Assembly (NCBI RefSeq): GCF_021054785.1
Contig: NZ_CP088239.1
Location: 1,380,001 to 1,412,000, forward strand
Direction of reading: 5' to 3'
DNA length: 32,000 nucleotides
Origin: Tannockella kyphosi
GTDB lineage: Bacteria; Bacillota_I; Bacilli_A; Erysipelotrichales; Coprobacillaceae
A program made the position numbers and the translations under genes. The notes below the pieces were generated by a model, which worked only from the letters and a program-made list of their open reading frames with translations, had not been told where the DNA came from and searched no databases. Within the stretch, counting starts at the first letter, position 1. Each line of letters opens with the position of its first letter. Positions 1 to 8,740 of the stretch are shown here, in pieces.

Positions 1-854
1 TTTCTTACTGCTCTTTCAATTGATGGGAATAATAAACGGTGATATCCATCTTCTACTGCTTTTTTTAGTTTATCTAAAACAGCTGTTTCTCTTTTTTTAG
101 TAACACCTCTTAATATATAATCAATAAAATAATTAGTATCTACTTCAATAGAAACTCCAATTACCTTTTCATTTTCTGCACGATTTACTGCTAAAATACG
201 ATGAGTTGCGATATGACTAATCTTTTCAGAATACGCATAATACATTTCATATACTTTCTTTTCATCTGTATGTTTCTTTTTTTCTTTTGTTACTAAAACA
301 CCTGTTTTAAAAATCATATCTTGTACAAATTTACGATATTTTATATCATCACTAACTATTTCAGCAATGATATCCATTGCTCCAAGATAGGCTTCTTCGA
401 TTGATAATACTTGTTCATTAATAAATGTTTTAGCATAAGCATCTATAGAGTCTTTTGGTAATGATAACATTTTAAGAGCTAAGGGTTCTAATCCTTTGGC
501 TTTTGCATCTGTTGCTTTGGTTTTTCTTTTTTCTTTAAAAGGACGATAGATATCTTCTACTTCTGTTAATTTAGTAGATTCTTGAATGTTTTTCTTTAGT
601 TCTACTGTTAACATTCCTTTTTCTTCTAATAAACGAATAACGTCTTCTTTTCTTTTTGTTAAATTAACTAGATATTGATATTCTTTATCAATATCTCTAA
701 TTTGTGTTTCATCTAGACCTCCTGTTGCTTCCTTACGATAGCGGGCAATAAAAGGAACAGTATTTCCTTCTTCTAATAAAGATAATACTGTTTCTACTTG
801 TTTGTTTGTTATTTGTAACGCACTACTAACTGCATTTATATTTATATCACTCAT
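1..854 (-). CDS. tex: Tex-like transcription accessory protein, N-terminal part (gene runs off the window start)
   Basis: Absent from the ORF track because it is truncated by the edge. Manual translation from ATG 854-852 gives MSDININAVSSALQITNKQVETVLSLLEEGNTVPFIARYRKEATGGLDETQIRDIDKEYQYL..., the typical Tex N-terminus. AAGGAGA RBS lies just upstream (855-870). Confidence 0.8.
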   Translation of the reverse strand, partial: MSDININAVSSALQITNKQVETVLSLLEEGNTVPFIARYRKEATGGLDETQIRDIDKEYQYLVNLTKRKEDVIRLLEEKGMLTVELKKNIQESTKLTEVEDIYRPFKEKRKTKATDAKAKGLEPLALKMLSLPKDSIDAYAKTFINEQVLSIEEAYLGAMDIIAEIVSDDIKYRKFVQDMIFKTGVLVTKEKKKHTDEKKVYEMYYAYSEKISHIATHRILAVNRAENEKVIGVSIEVDTNYFIDYILRGVTKKRETAVLDKLKKAVEDGYHRLLFPSIERAVR

Positions 855-993
855 AATATCTCCTTCTATAAAATCTGTTTATAATTATATCATCATTTCA
901 TAAAATTTGTTAAACATTCCTAAAAAAAGTGCTATAATCACTACATATGATACTTTGAAAGGGGAAAGAATCAAATAGATTCTAAGTGAAAAT

Positions 994-2358
994 ATGATAG
1001 ATTTTAAAAAAGAGATTGATGCTAGAAAAGATGATTTATTAAGAGACATTGCAACATTAATTGAAATTCCTTCTATGCAAGATGATGATACTGTTGGTGA
1101 AAACCAACCTTATGGGAAACCTTGTCGCGATGCACTTGACGCTATGTTAGCAATGGGGAAACGTGATGGTTTTGTATGTGATGAAGTAGATGGCCATGCT
1201 GGTCATATTGATATTGGTGAAGGGGAAGAATGTTTTGGTATTTTAGGACATTTAGATGTTGTTCCTGTGAATCCTGAAGGATGGAATAGTGATCCTTTTA
1301 AAATGACTATGATAGATGGGAAAATTTATGGGCGTGGTGTTGCTGATGATAAAGGACCTCTTCTTGCAGGATATTATGCTGCAAAAATTATTCATGATTT
1401 AGGTTTACCAACAAAAATGAAAACTCGTATTATTTTTGGATGTAATGAAGAATTAGGAAGTAATTGCCTAAGACATTATTTCCAACATCGACCTTATCCT
1501 GTTGCAGGATTTACACCAGATGCTGCTTTCCCAGTTATTTATGGTGAAAAAGCAGGAGCTCATGCGGCAATAAGTGGTACTGTTGCTTCAAAAGGATTAA
1601 TTAGTATTTGTGCTGGTGAAAGATTTAATGTTGTTCCTGAGGTTTGTCATGCTACTCTTGAAGGTGCAGTTGAACTATATAGTGCCTCATTTGAAGCATT
1701 TAAAGCAGAACATCATGTAGGAGGTTCGTTAGAACAAGTTGGTGAAAATACATTAGTAACTATTATTGGGAAATCTGCTCATGCTAGTAAGCCTGAATTA
1801 GGTATTAATTCTATTGTAGTATTATGCCAATATATAACAACAGTATGCGATAACCAATTAGCAGCATTACTTGCTAATGAATTAAGTAACTACTATGGTA
1901 AAGCATTAAACATTGATCATGTTGGACAAATGGGTCCATTAACATTAAGTACTGGTGTTATTCGTTATGAAGATGAAAAAGCATTAATTCAAGTAGATAT
2001 GCGTTGTCCTCATGATATGGATTTCGATCATCTAAAACAAGCATATAAAGACTTAGGTGAAAAATATGGTTTAGAAATAGATTTAGAAGTAGGAGAAGCA
2101 TTATTTGTAGATCGTGAATCTGAGTTAATTAAAAAGCTTCATGGTGCCTATGTAACAATTAGTGGTGATACGAATCCACCTCAAGCTATCGGTGGAGGAA
2201 CTTATGCAAAAACAATGCCTAACTGTGTTGGTTTTGGTCCTGAGTTTGTTGGTGAAGAAAACTTCATTCATGAAAATAATGAAAGTATTTGTGTAGAAAG
2301 CTTACTTAGAGCAATGGAAATATATGCAGTAGCATTATATGATTTAATTAAAGCCTAA
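994..2358 (+). CDS. pepV: M20-family dipeptidase (PepV-like, Xaa-His dipeptidase)
   Basis: 454-aa ORF with M20 metal-ligand context (GHLDVVP, GRGVADDKGP, NEE). Length and N-terminus are typical of PepV. An extended -10 (TGCTATAAT, about 931-938) lies upstream. Confidence 0.85.
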   Translation: MIDFKKEIDARKDDLLRDIATLIEIPSMQDDDTVGENQPYGKPCRDALDAMLAMGKRDGFVCDEVDGHAGHIDIGEGEECFGILGHLDVVPVNPEGWNSDPFKMTMIDGKIYGRGVADDKGPLLAGYYAAKIIHDLGLPTKMKTRIIFGCNEELGSNCLRHYFQHRPYPVAGFTPDAAFPVIYGEKAGAHAAISGTVASKGLISICAGERFNVVPEVCHATLEGAVELYSASFEAFKAEHHVGGSLEQVGENTLVTIIGKSAHASKPELGINSIVVLCQYITTVCDNQLAALLANELSNYYGKALNIDHVGQMGPLTLSTGVIRYEDEKALIQVDMRCPHDMDFDHLKQAYKDLGEKYGLEIDLEVGEALFVDRESELIKKLHGAYVTISGDTNPPQAIGGGTYAKTMPNCVGFGPEFVGEENFIHENNESICVESLLRAMEIYAVALYDLIKA

Positions 2359-2386
2359 AAGAGATCCTTGATCTCTTTTTTCTTTT
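2358..2386 (+). terminator. Intrinsic terminator after pepV
   Basis: Hairpin AAAGAGATC-CTT-GATCTCTTT followed by a T-tract. Confidence 0.7.
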
Positions 2387-2419
2387 CATTTATCCCCACT
2401 TTTGGTAGAATGGTTCTAT

Positions 2420-2506
2420 GCAGACATGGTGAAACTGGTATACACGTTATCTTGAGGGGGTAATGGGCGATTGCTCGTGAGGGTTCAAGTCCCTTTGTCT
2501 GCACCA
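2420..2506 (+). tRNA. tRNA-Leu (anticodon GAG), CCA encoded
   Basis: Acceptor stem GCAGACA/TGTCTGC. Anticodon stem TTATC/GGTAA with loop TTGAGGG. Long variable arm (type II). T-arm GGGTTCAAGTCCC. 3' ACCA. Extended -10 TGGTAGAAT at 2403-2411. Confidence 0.9.
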
Positions 2507-2512
2507 AATGCC

Positions 2513-2541
2513 AAAAAAGCCTTATTTTATAAGGCTTTTTA
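2513..2541 (+). terminator. Intrinsic terminator after tRNA-Leu(GAG)
   Basis: AAGCCTTAT-TTT-ATAAGGCTT hairpin followed by TTTTT. Confidence 0.75.
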
Positions 2542-2684
2542 TTATCCGTACACGATTTGTACACGAATCAAAAACAGGTATCATAAACATCTTCTAGATC
2601 ATATACATCATCATCCCATAAATATATACTTATGTTTTTTATATTCTCTTTAAAAAATAAACTTTTTCACCAAATGTTATGCAA

Positions 2685-2718
2685 TAAAAAAAGGTACAGT
2701 ATCTTACGATATTGTACC
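2685..2718 (-). terminator. Intrinsic terminator after rpsD
   Basis: GGTACA..TGTACC hairpin (2693-2718) followed on the minus strand by a T-tract (A-run 2685-2692 on plus). Confidence 0.7.
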
Positions 2719-2733
2719 AATATTTTATGGTTA

Positions 2734-3339
2734 TTAACCCATTCTGTTGTAATATTCTACGATTAATGATTCATTGATTTCTTGGTTTAATTCTGATCTT
2801 TCAGGTAAACGAGTTAATTTACCAATTAATTTATCAGCATCTACTTCAACAAAAGCAACTGTATGACTTTTCGCTTCTAAACTAGCTTTAATAACTGCTA
2901 AGTTTTTAGATTTTTCTCTTACTTCGATAACATCTCCAATTTTAACTTGGTATGAAGGGATATCTGTTTTAACACCATTTACTAAGAAATGACCGTGGTT
3001 TACTAATTGTCTTGCTCCTCTTCTTGTAGTAGCAAATCCAAAACGATAAACAACGTTATCTAATCTTTGTTCTAATAAGAATAAGAAGTTATGACCATTG
3101 ATACCAGCCATTTTTCCTGCTCTTTTGAATGTATTGTGGAATTGTTTTTCATTCACACCATACATATGTCTTACTTTTTGCTTTTCAGCTAATTGTAAAC
3201 CATATTCAGTTTGTTTTTTTCTTTTTTGACCATGTTGCCCTGGTGCATAAGCTCTTCTGTTTAATTCTTTTCCATTCTCTAATGTAGAAAATCCTAAACG
3301 ACGAGAGATTCTCCATTGAGGTCCTGTGTAACGTGACAT
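2734..3339 (-). CDS. rpsD: 30S ribosomal protein S4
   Basis: [16 protein letters not shown]... is the canonical S4 N-terminus. I place the start at ATG 3339 (GGAGG RBS at 3347-3351), not at the ORF-track start 3381. Confidence 0.95.
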   Translation of the reverse strand: MSRYTGPQWRISRRLGFSTLENGKELNRRAYAPGQHGQKRKKQTEYGLQLAEKQKVRHMYGVNEKQFHNTFKRAGKMAGINGHNFLFLLEQRLDNVVYRFGFATTRRGARQLVNHGHFLVNGVKTDIPSYQVKIGDVIEVREKSKNLAVIKASLEAKSHTVAFVEVDADKLIGKLTRLPERSELNQEINESLIVEYYNRMG

Positions 3340-3505
3340 TTTATGTCCTCCTATTGTTTTATTTGCATAAAACAATAACATTCATAGTCTATGTATGAGT
3401 TGTGTTTATACTAAGTATTTCACCTTGCAGTAAGTTACTTTACATCCAGCCGTTATAAACGCATTATTCATCACACTATGCATCTGCTATCATTCGTGCC
3501 ATCTT
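3340..3505 (-). promoter_or_regulatory. Long rpsD 5' leader with a perfect 11-bp hairpin abutting the RBS (candidate S4 autoregulatory leader)
   Basis: Candidate promoter TTGACT-17-TATTCT at about 3506-3534 (minus), giving a leader of about 165 nt. Hairpin TATTGTTTTAT-TTGC-ATAAAACAATA lies at 3352-3377, directly 5' of GGAGG. S4 autoregulation through the leader is established in Bacillus. Homology was not tested here. Confidence 0.4.
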
Positions 3506-3521
3506 AGAATACTTTATTTAT

Positions 3522-3550
3522 AGAAAAAAGTCAAGTATATTCTTGACTTT
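3522..3550 (-). terminator. Intrinsic terminator ending the cydD-cydC-ygbA-like-DUF454 operon
   Basis: AAGTCAAG-N6-CTTGACTT hairpin followed on the minus strand by TTTTTT. Confidence 0.7.
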
Positions 3551-3566
3551 TCTCTTTAGAAAATGA

Positions 3567-3944
3567 TTATTTTTCTTGATAATCTTCTACCTTGTAAAAG
3601 AAATACCATACATGGAATAACCAAACAAAAAATAAAATAATTCTACCAACCACTACTCCACTCATCATAACAAAACCAAAAGCCATTAATCCTGAAATTA
3701 GACAAACTACACGGATTTTACTTTTTTTAGGCATCCCTTGTCCATTAATATAACTTTCTAAATTGTTTTTATATAATTTTGTAGATTTAAACCAATTATC
3801 CAATCTTTCGCTACTTTTTGAAAAACAAATAGCAGCTACCAATAAAAATGGAAAAGCTGGAACTAATGGTACAACAGCTCCAAAAAATCCTAACCCTAAT
3901 CCAATAAAACCTACAATTATATATATTATTTTTTTTATATTCAT
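3567..3944 (-). CDS. DUF454/YbaN-family small inner-membrane protein
   Basis: MNIKKIIYIIVGFIGLGLGFFGAVVPLVPAFPFLLVAAICFSKSSERL... matches the YbaN-type pattern. The start at 3944 overlaps the upstream stop codon as ATGA. Confidence 0.75.
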   Translation of the reverse strand: MNIKKIIYIIVGFIGLGLGFFGAVVPLVPAFPFLLVAAICFSKSSERLDNWFKSTKLYKNNLESYINGQGMPKKSKIRVVCLISGLMAFGFVMMSGVVVGRIILFFVWLFHVWYFFYKVEDYQEK

Positions 3945-4252
3945 TTTTTTCTCTCTTTCATCGTATTGCAAACATGTGACACTGCCAAGGTAGGTTTATA
4001 GAAAAGCATCCTTGGACCTGAAAATCGCATCACTTCTTTTATTTTTATTCTCATATCTGTTTTATAACAATGTATTGTACATGTTGAACAGAATGTTTTT
4101 GTTTCCTTTTTAGGACATTTTTCAATTCTTAGTTTTGCATATTCATATAATTCATTGCATGAATTACATAATTCTTTCGATTTATGTTTCTTTTTACAAT
4201 ATAGTTGAATCATAAAATATATTGTTTCTACTTCATTAAAAGATTGTTTCAT
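3941..4252 (-). CDS. Cys-rich YgbA-like ('nitrous oxide-stimulated promoter' family) protein
   Basis: The pattern LYCKKKH...LCNSCNELYEYAKLRIEKCP...KTFCSTCTIHCYK...MRFSGPRM is as I recall for the YgbA_NO family. The start shares one nucleotide with the cydC-like stop (TAATG). Confidence 0.7.
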   Translation of the reverse strand: MKQSFNEVETIYFMIQLYCKKKHKSKELCNSCNELYEYAKLRIEKCPKKETKTFCSTCTIHCYKTDMRIKIKEVMRFSGPRMLFYKPTLAVSHVCNTMKERKK

Positions 4253-5895
4253 TAACTAGCCCTCGTTTGTTCTAAAGAAACTACATTTTCAACTATTTCT
4301 AATGTAGATAAACGATGACTTACTAAGATTGTTGTACGACCTTTATCAAGATATAATGATTTTAAAATAATAGCTTCATTAAAGGCATCTAAATTACTTG
4401 TTGGTTCATCTAACAATAAGCAGGGAGCATTTTGTAAAAATGCTCTGGCTATCGCTAATCTTTGACATTGTCCACCTGATAAAGTTTCCCCTAGTTCACC
4501 TACTTGAGTTTGATATCCATTTGGTAAAGAAATAATAAAATCATGGATAGAAGCTTTTTTACAAGCTTCTATTATTTCTTGTTGGGTTGCATCTAGTCTA
4601 GCAATAAGAAGATTGTTTTCAATTGTATCATGGAATAAATGTGTAGTTTGAGTTACATATCCAATATTACTTCTTAAATGAGTTGTTTCTATTTCTTTTA
4701 TGTTTTCATTATTAATAACTACTTTTCCTTTATTAACATCATAAAAACGCATCATTAGTTTTAGAATCGTTGATTTACCCATTCCTGATTTACCAATAAT
4801 TCCATTTATTTTATGATCTTTTATATTTATTGTAAGGTTACTTATTATTTCTTGATCATAACCAAAAGAAATGTCATCCATTTTTATATTTTCTACTATT
4901 GGTTTACTACCTTTTTCTACTTCTTCTACAATAGGTTGTTCTTCAAGAATATCCAATACACGATTAGCACTTGCAATCGTTTGAGATAATCCACTTCCTA
5001 AATTCGCTAATGCTACAAAAGCTCCAAAAGAAGAATAAAGCATGATAGTAGTAATAAAAACTGTTTCTATTGCAATTGTACCAGCATTATATAAATAGAT
5101 CCCTGTTATAAAAACAAGACAAGAAAAGAACGTAATAATAATATTAGTGATCGTTTGAGTAACTCCTAAAGAATATTTTAATTTTTGATTCACTTTATTC
5201 ATTTCTTTATTTAAATATTTCATTTCATCTAACTTATGTTGTACATAGTTATATTGTTTTACTTCTTTAATACCTCGAATACTATCTAAAACATGACTAT
5301 TTAAAGATGAAAATTGTTTTCTTTGATTTTGTCCAACAACTGCAATATGACCAGACATAAAGTATGGCAAGATTACTCCTACACATAAATAAGCTACTAA
5401 TGCTATTAAGACATAACTAATATGAAAATAAGAAAATCCTAAAAGCATCAGGATAGCCATAATCAAAGCAATAAATACTGGTGATATCGTATGAGCAAAG
5501 AATATTTCTAATAATTCTATATCACTTGTAATTAATGCTACTAAATCACCTTTGTTACTACCATCTAGTTTTGCTGGTGCTAAGCTTCTTAATTTACCAA
5601 AAACTTTATCACGAATAAGTGCTAGCATTTTAAATGCAATATAGTGATTACAAGCATGTTCCATATAGTGTAAGATTCCTCGGGCAATTGCAAAAACAAA
5701 CAATAATTGACACAATAGAAGAATACTATTTCCATTTATTAATTCCATTAATGCAAATGATGCGACAATTGTTACCCCACTAGCACATAAAAAGCCTAGT
5801 ACACCTGTAATAATAGCGAGAATCATAAACCCTATTAAAGGACTAATTAATGCACTTAATTGTAGCATTACTTTCCATGTTGGTCTTTTAGACAT
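4252..5895 (-). CDS. cydC: ABC exporter permease/ATPase fusion, CydC-like (thiol reductant exporter subunit)
   Basis: 547 aa with six-TM region plus NBD (Walker A GKSGMGKST, signature LSGGQ, Walker B LLLDEPT). The ITSDIELLEIFFAHTISP motif resembles the CydC coupling region. Confidence 0.7.
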   Translation of the reverse strand: MSKRPTWKVMLQLSALISPLIGFMILAIITGVLGFLCASGVTIVASFALMELINGNSILLLCQLLFVFAIARGILHYMEHACNHYIAFKMLALIRDKVFGKLRSLAPAKLDGSNKGDLVALITSDIELLEIFFAHTISPVFIALIMAILMLLGFSYFHISYVLIALVAYLCVGVILPYFMSGHIAVVGQNQRKQFSSLNSHVLDSIRGIKEVKQYNYVQHKLDEMKYLNKEMNKVNQKLKYSLGVTQTITNIIITFFSCLVFITGIYLYNAGTIAIETVFITTIMLYSSFGAFVALANLGSGLSQTIASANRVLDILEEQPIVEEVEKGSKPIVENIKMDDISFGYDQEIISNLTINIKDHKINGIIGKSGMGKSTILKLMMRFYDVNKGKVVINNENIKEIETTHLRSNIGYVTQTTHLFHDTIENNLLIARLDATQQEIIEACKKASIHDFIISLPNGYQTQVGELGETLSGGQCQRLAIARAFLQNAPCLLLDEPTSNLDAFNEAIILKSLYLDKGRTTILVSHRLSTLEIVENVVSLEQTRAS

Positions 5896-7621
5896 GTAAC
5901 ATTTCCTCCTTTATCGATTCTTCCCCTTTTTGATGCATCCACAATTTTTGATAATAATCACTTGTTTCTAGTAAACTATCATGTGTTCCACTATCTACTA
6001 TTTTTCCTTCTTCCATTAAATAAATAGCATCACTATCTACTACATTTGATAAACGATGCGTAATAAAAATAATAGTTTTCGTATTTTTCATACGATAAAT
6101 TAAAGAAAGAATAGCATCTTCACTTTCTATATCAATATTACTAGTAGCTTCATCAAAGATATAAATATCACTATCATGTAACAAAGCTCTAGCTATCGCT
6201 AATCTTTGACATTGACCTCCAGATAAATTTGCTCCTTTTTCTAAAAGTTCCATTTCTAATCCATTTTGTTCTAAAACAAATTGATCTAAATGAACTTTCT
6301 TTAAAACATCCCACATTTGTTCTTTCGTAGCTAAAGGATTTGCCATTAAAAGATTCTCTTTGATTGTCCCTTTGAAAATATAACTAAAAGCACTTACTAA
6401 CGTAATATTTTTATGAACATGACTTTCTTTTATAACACGTAATTCTTTTCCATCAATAGAAACAGAACCTTGATAATGTTTATTCATTCTTGTTAGAATA
6501 CCTGCAATTGTAGATTTCCCACAACCACTTTGACCAACAAGAGAAACAAAAGAATTCTTTTTAATATTCATTGTTATTTTATTTAATACGATTTGATCTT
6601 CAACATATTGATATTGTAATTGTTTGATTTCAACATCTCCATTAGTAAAATCTAATACTCCATCTTGTGTTAAAGGACTATCTAATAATAAGAATATCTT
6701 TTTACTAGCTGCCATTCCATTCATTGCAATATGGAAGAAACTTCCTAACAAACGCATTGGCAAAAAGAATTCCGCAGATAATAAAATAATAATAAATACT
6801 CCTGCATAATCTATATTTCCTTGTGAACATTCATACAAAGAAAAAACAATACCTAAAGTTGCTCCACCATAAGCCATGATATCCATAACAGAAATAGAAT
6901 TTAATTGCATTGTTAAAACACGCATTGTAATTTTACGGAACACTTCTGCTTGTTGATTCATTTTTTGGTGCATATATTCATCTGATTGATATATTTTTAA
7001 AGTAGTTAATCCTTGTAAATTTTCTAAAAAATGATCTCCTAATAAAGTATATTCATCCCAATACTTATTTAATAACTTCTTTGCTATCTTTTGAACTATG
7101 ACAATAGAGATAGGAATAAGTGGGACACATAGAAATAGCACAAATGCTACTTTTATATGAATAGTAGCAATGGCTAGAAATAAAAAGATAGGTGCTAACA
7201 TAGCATAGAAGAATTGTGGTAAATAATTAGAAAAATAGGTTTCTAATTGTTCTACTCCTTCACTGGATAATTGAACTAATTCTGCTGAAGAAAGAATTTC
7301 CATATAATCCATTCCTAGTTTCTCTGTTTTTTCATAGATCTTTCTTCGAATTGTACTTTTTACAGATATTGATGCTTCAAAGTTTTCTTTGTGATAACCA
7401 AGAATACAGAGACTTCGAATTGTTATTAAAAATAAAATAGCAATACAAAGAATGATTATATTTTGGTTCGTTATTGTTTGATTTAATAATTGTTTTAAGG
7501 TATTACCTAGTAAAAAGATAAGTAAAATATTATCTATTAGCGCTATTATTTGTAAAGAAACACTTTTTTTAATATGATTCTTTGCTTCTGGAACTAGTCC
7601 TATTAATCTTTTATTTATCAT
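5888..7621 (-). CDS. cydD: ABC exporter permease/ATPase fusion, CydD-like
   Basis: 577 aa with Walker A GQSGCGKST, LSGGQ and Walker B IYIFDEATS. Contains a YFSNYLPQ motif as in CydD. Overlaps the cydC-like gene by 8 nt. Confidence 0.7.
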   Translation of the reverse strand: MINKRLIGLVPEAKNHIKKSVSLQIIALIDNILLIFLLGNTLKQLLNQTITNQNIIILCIAILFLITIRSLCILGYHKENFEASISVKSTIRRKIYEKTEKLGMDYMEILSSAELVQLSSEGVEQLETYFSNYLPQFFYAMLAPIFLFLAIATIHIKVAFVLFLCVPLIPISIVIVQKIAKKLLNKYWDEYTLLGDHFLENLQGLTTLKIYQSDEYMHQKMNQQAEVFRKITMRVLTMQLNSISVMDIMAYGGATLGIVFSLYECSQGNIDYAGVFIIILLSAEFFLPMRLLGSFFHIAMNGMAASKKIFLLLDSPLTQDGVLDFTNGDVEIKQLQYQYVEDQIVLNKITMNIKKNSFVSLVGQSGCGKSTIAGILTRMNKHYQGSVSIDGKELRVIKESHVHKNITLVSAFSYIFKGTIKENLLMANPLATKEQMWDVLKKVHLDQFVLEQNGLEMELLEKGANLSGGQCQRLAIARALLHDSDIYIFDEATSNIDIESEDAILSLIYRMKNTKTIIFITHRLSNVVDSDAIYLMEEGKIVDSGTHDSLLETSDYYQKLWMHQKGEESIKEEMLHV

Positions 7622-7647
7622 ATAACTCCTTTTTATTAGAAATATTT

Positions 7648-7692
7648 GTTAGTATATGCTAACTATCATACAGTAATTATACGTATTGTCAA
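7648..7692 (-). promoter_or_regulatory. Promoter (TTGACA-17-ATGATA) with abutting palindromic operator GTTAGTATATGCTAAC (site A)
   Basis: -35 at 7687-7692 and -10 at 7664-7669 (minus strand). The palindrome at 7648-7663 starts at the next base after the -10. The same GTTAG-N6-CTAAC architecture occurs at 17766 and 18646. Confidence 0.6.
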
Positions 7693-7704
7693 CCTCTTTT
7701 CATG

Positions 7705-7730
7705 ATAAAAAAAGAGCCTAAAAGGGACTC
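7705..7730 (-). terminator. Possible terminator after the Na/Pi-family gene
   Basis: Imperfect hairpin GAGTCCC..GGCTC followed by TTTTTTT on the minus strand. Confidence 0.45.
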
Positions 7731-7739
7731 ATTTTAATG

Positions 7740-8666
7740 TTAGTTAGCCAACATTTGTTCACTTAAATAAACTAATATTTTATCAAAAGGAAGTAATAAG
7801 AATACTGTTATTATATTATAAATAGTATTAAAATTTGCTAATTGAACAGATAAGTTATTTGGATTTGATATTTCTATAAATAATAAGATATCAAAAATCC
7901 AAAGACAAGGTATAAAACAAAGCATTCCTAGGATATTTATTAAAAAAGGTAATAATATTACTTGTCTTGTTTTTTTATTAGCTCCCACAATAGCTAACAC
8001 ACCCGTAAAACAAGTACCTATGTTTTGTCCAAATACTACCCATATTAACCAGCTTAGTGGTAAAGTATTTGTTAGTACAAAAGATTGTAATACAGCCAAA
8101 GAAGCACTAGAGCTTTGTAGAATAGCTGTTGTAATAATACCGAATATTAGTCCAACTAAAGGGTTTTCTAAAGAAGAAAATAATTCTATAAAAAGTATAT
8201 TATTTTGCATACCTACTAGACTATAAGACATAATATCCATCGCTATAAATAAAATAGCAATACTTTGACATAATACACCAATATAAAAATAACTTGTCTC
8301 TTTTATAAAAAACAAAAAGAATCCAATTAACATAAGTGCTGGAATACATAAAGATAAGTCTAATATAAGTAAATGATTCGTAATAGTAGTTCCTATATTT
8401 GCTCCTAACAATATCCATAATGCTTGTAAAACATTAATATATCTAGTTTTTACTAATCCTAGTAAACAAATTAAAACAATGGATGAACTTTGCAGAAACA
8501 TTGTTAACACTATCCCATATACAATAGCAATATACTTTATGCTAGTCAGCTTTTTTAATCCACCTAATAAGTAAGGACTGATTATTTTTTCTAACGCTTT
8601 GGTTAATAATTTAAATGCTATTAATAAAAGAAAAACACCTGTCATAAATAATATTATTCGTAACAT
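7740..8666 (-). CDS. Na/Pi-cotransporter-family membrane protein (short form, no PhoU-like tail)
   Basis: 308-aa polytopic protein with the duplicated QSSS...GANIGT signature (LQSSSIVL...GANIGTT and LQSSSASL...GQNIGTC). Confidence 0.75.
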   Translation of the reverse strand: MLRIILFMTGVFLLLIAFKLLTKALEKIISPYLLGGLKKLTSIKYIAIVYGIVLTMFLQSSSIVLICLLGLVKTRYINVLQALWILLGANIGTTITNHLLILDLSLCIPALMLIGFFLFFIKETSYFYIGVLCQSIAILFIAMDIMSYSLVGMQNNILFIELFSSLENPLVGLIFGIITTAILQSSSASLAVLQSFVLTNTLPLSWLIWVVFGQNIGTCFTGVLAIVGANKKTRQVILLPFLINILGMLCFIPCLWIFDILLFIEISNPNNLSVQLANFNTIYNIITVFLLLPFDKILVYLSEQMLAN

Positions 8667-8713
8667 CTATGTACCCACCTTAGTGTATCTTATGAATATC
8701 TTTTTTCATTAGA

Positions 8714-8740
8714 ACAAAAAAACAACTTTTACAAGTTGTT
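8714..8740 (-). terminator. Intrinsic terminator overlapping the GH1 stop codon
   Basis: AACAACTT-GTAA-AAGTTGTT followed by TTTTT on the minus strand. Confidence 0.65.

Noticed and set aside
2355-2653. ORF-track entries 2355..2564 (-) and 2471..2653 (+)
   Set aside because: Both run through the tRNA-Leu(GAG) gene and its terminator. They have no RBS and low-complexity AT-rich translations, so they are spurious.
2734-3381. N-terminal extensions suggested by the ORF track for rpsD (3381), DUF454 (3971), GNAT (27117), transposase (21349), flavodoxin (17748), the 80-aa protein (17262), the small Cys protein (13115) and rsmF-like (19028)
   Set aside because: In every case an internal ATG has a correctly spaced GGAGG-type RBS and matches the family N-terminus. 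The upstream starts are TTG/GTG or fall inside an RBS, T-box or promoter sequence.
3763-3993. Antisense shadow ORFs inside real genes: 3763..3993, 6624..6809, 8020..8226, 8221..8418, 15653..16048, 16862..17104, 17403..17603, 20389..20616, 23680..23886, 24122..24304, 24174..24368, 24764..25036, 28179..28376 and 28481..28672
   Set aside because: Each lies opposite, or out of frame within, a well-supported gene with recognisable family motifs. None has a convincing RBS, and the translations are low-complexity.
7741-7760. GTTAGCCAACA at the 3' end of the Na/Pi gene, identical over 11 nt to the left part of operator site B
   Set aside because: There is no inverted partner (CTAAC) at the right distance. 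It encodes the C-terminal ...LAN-stop of the gene, so it is probably coincidence.
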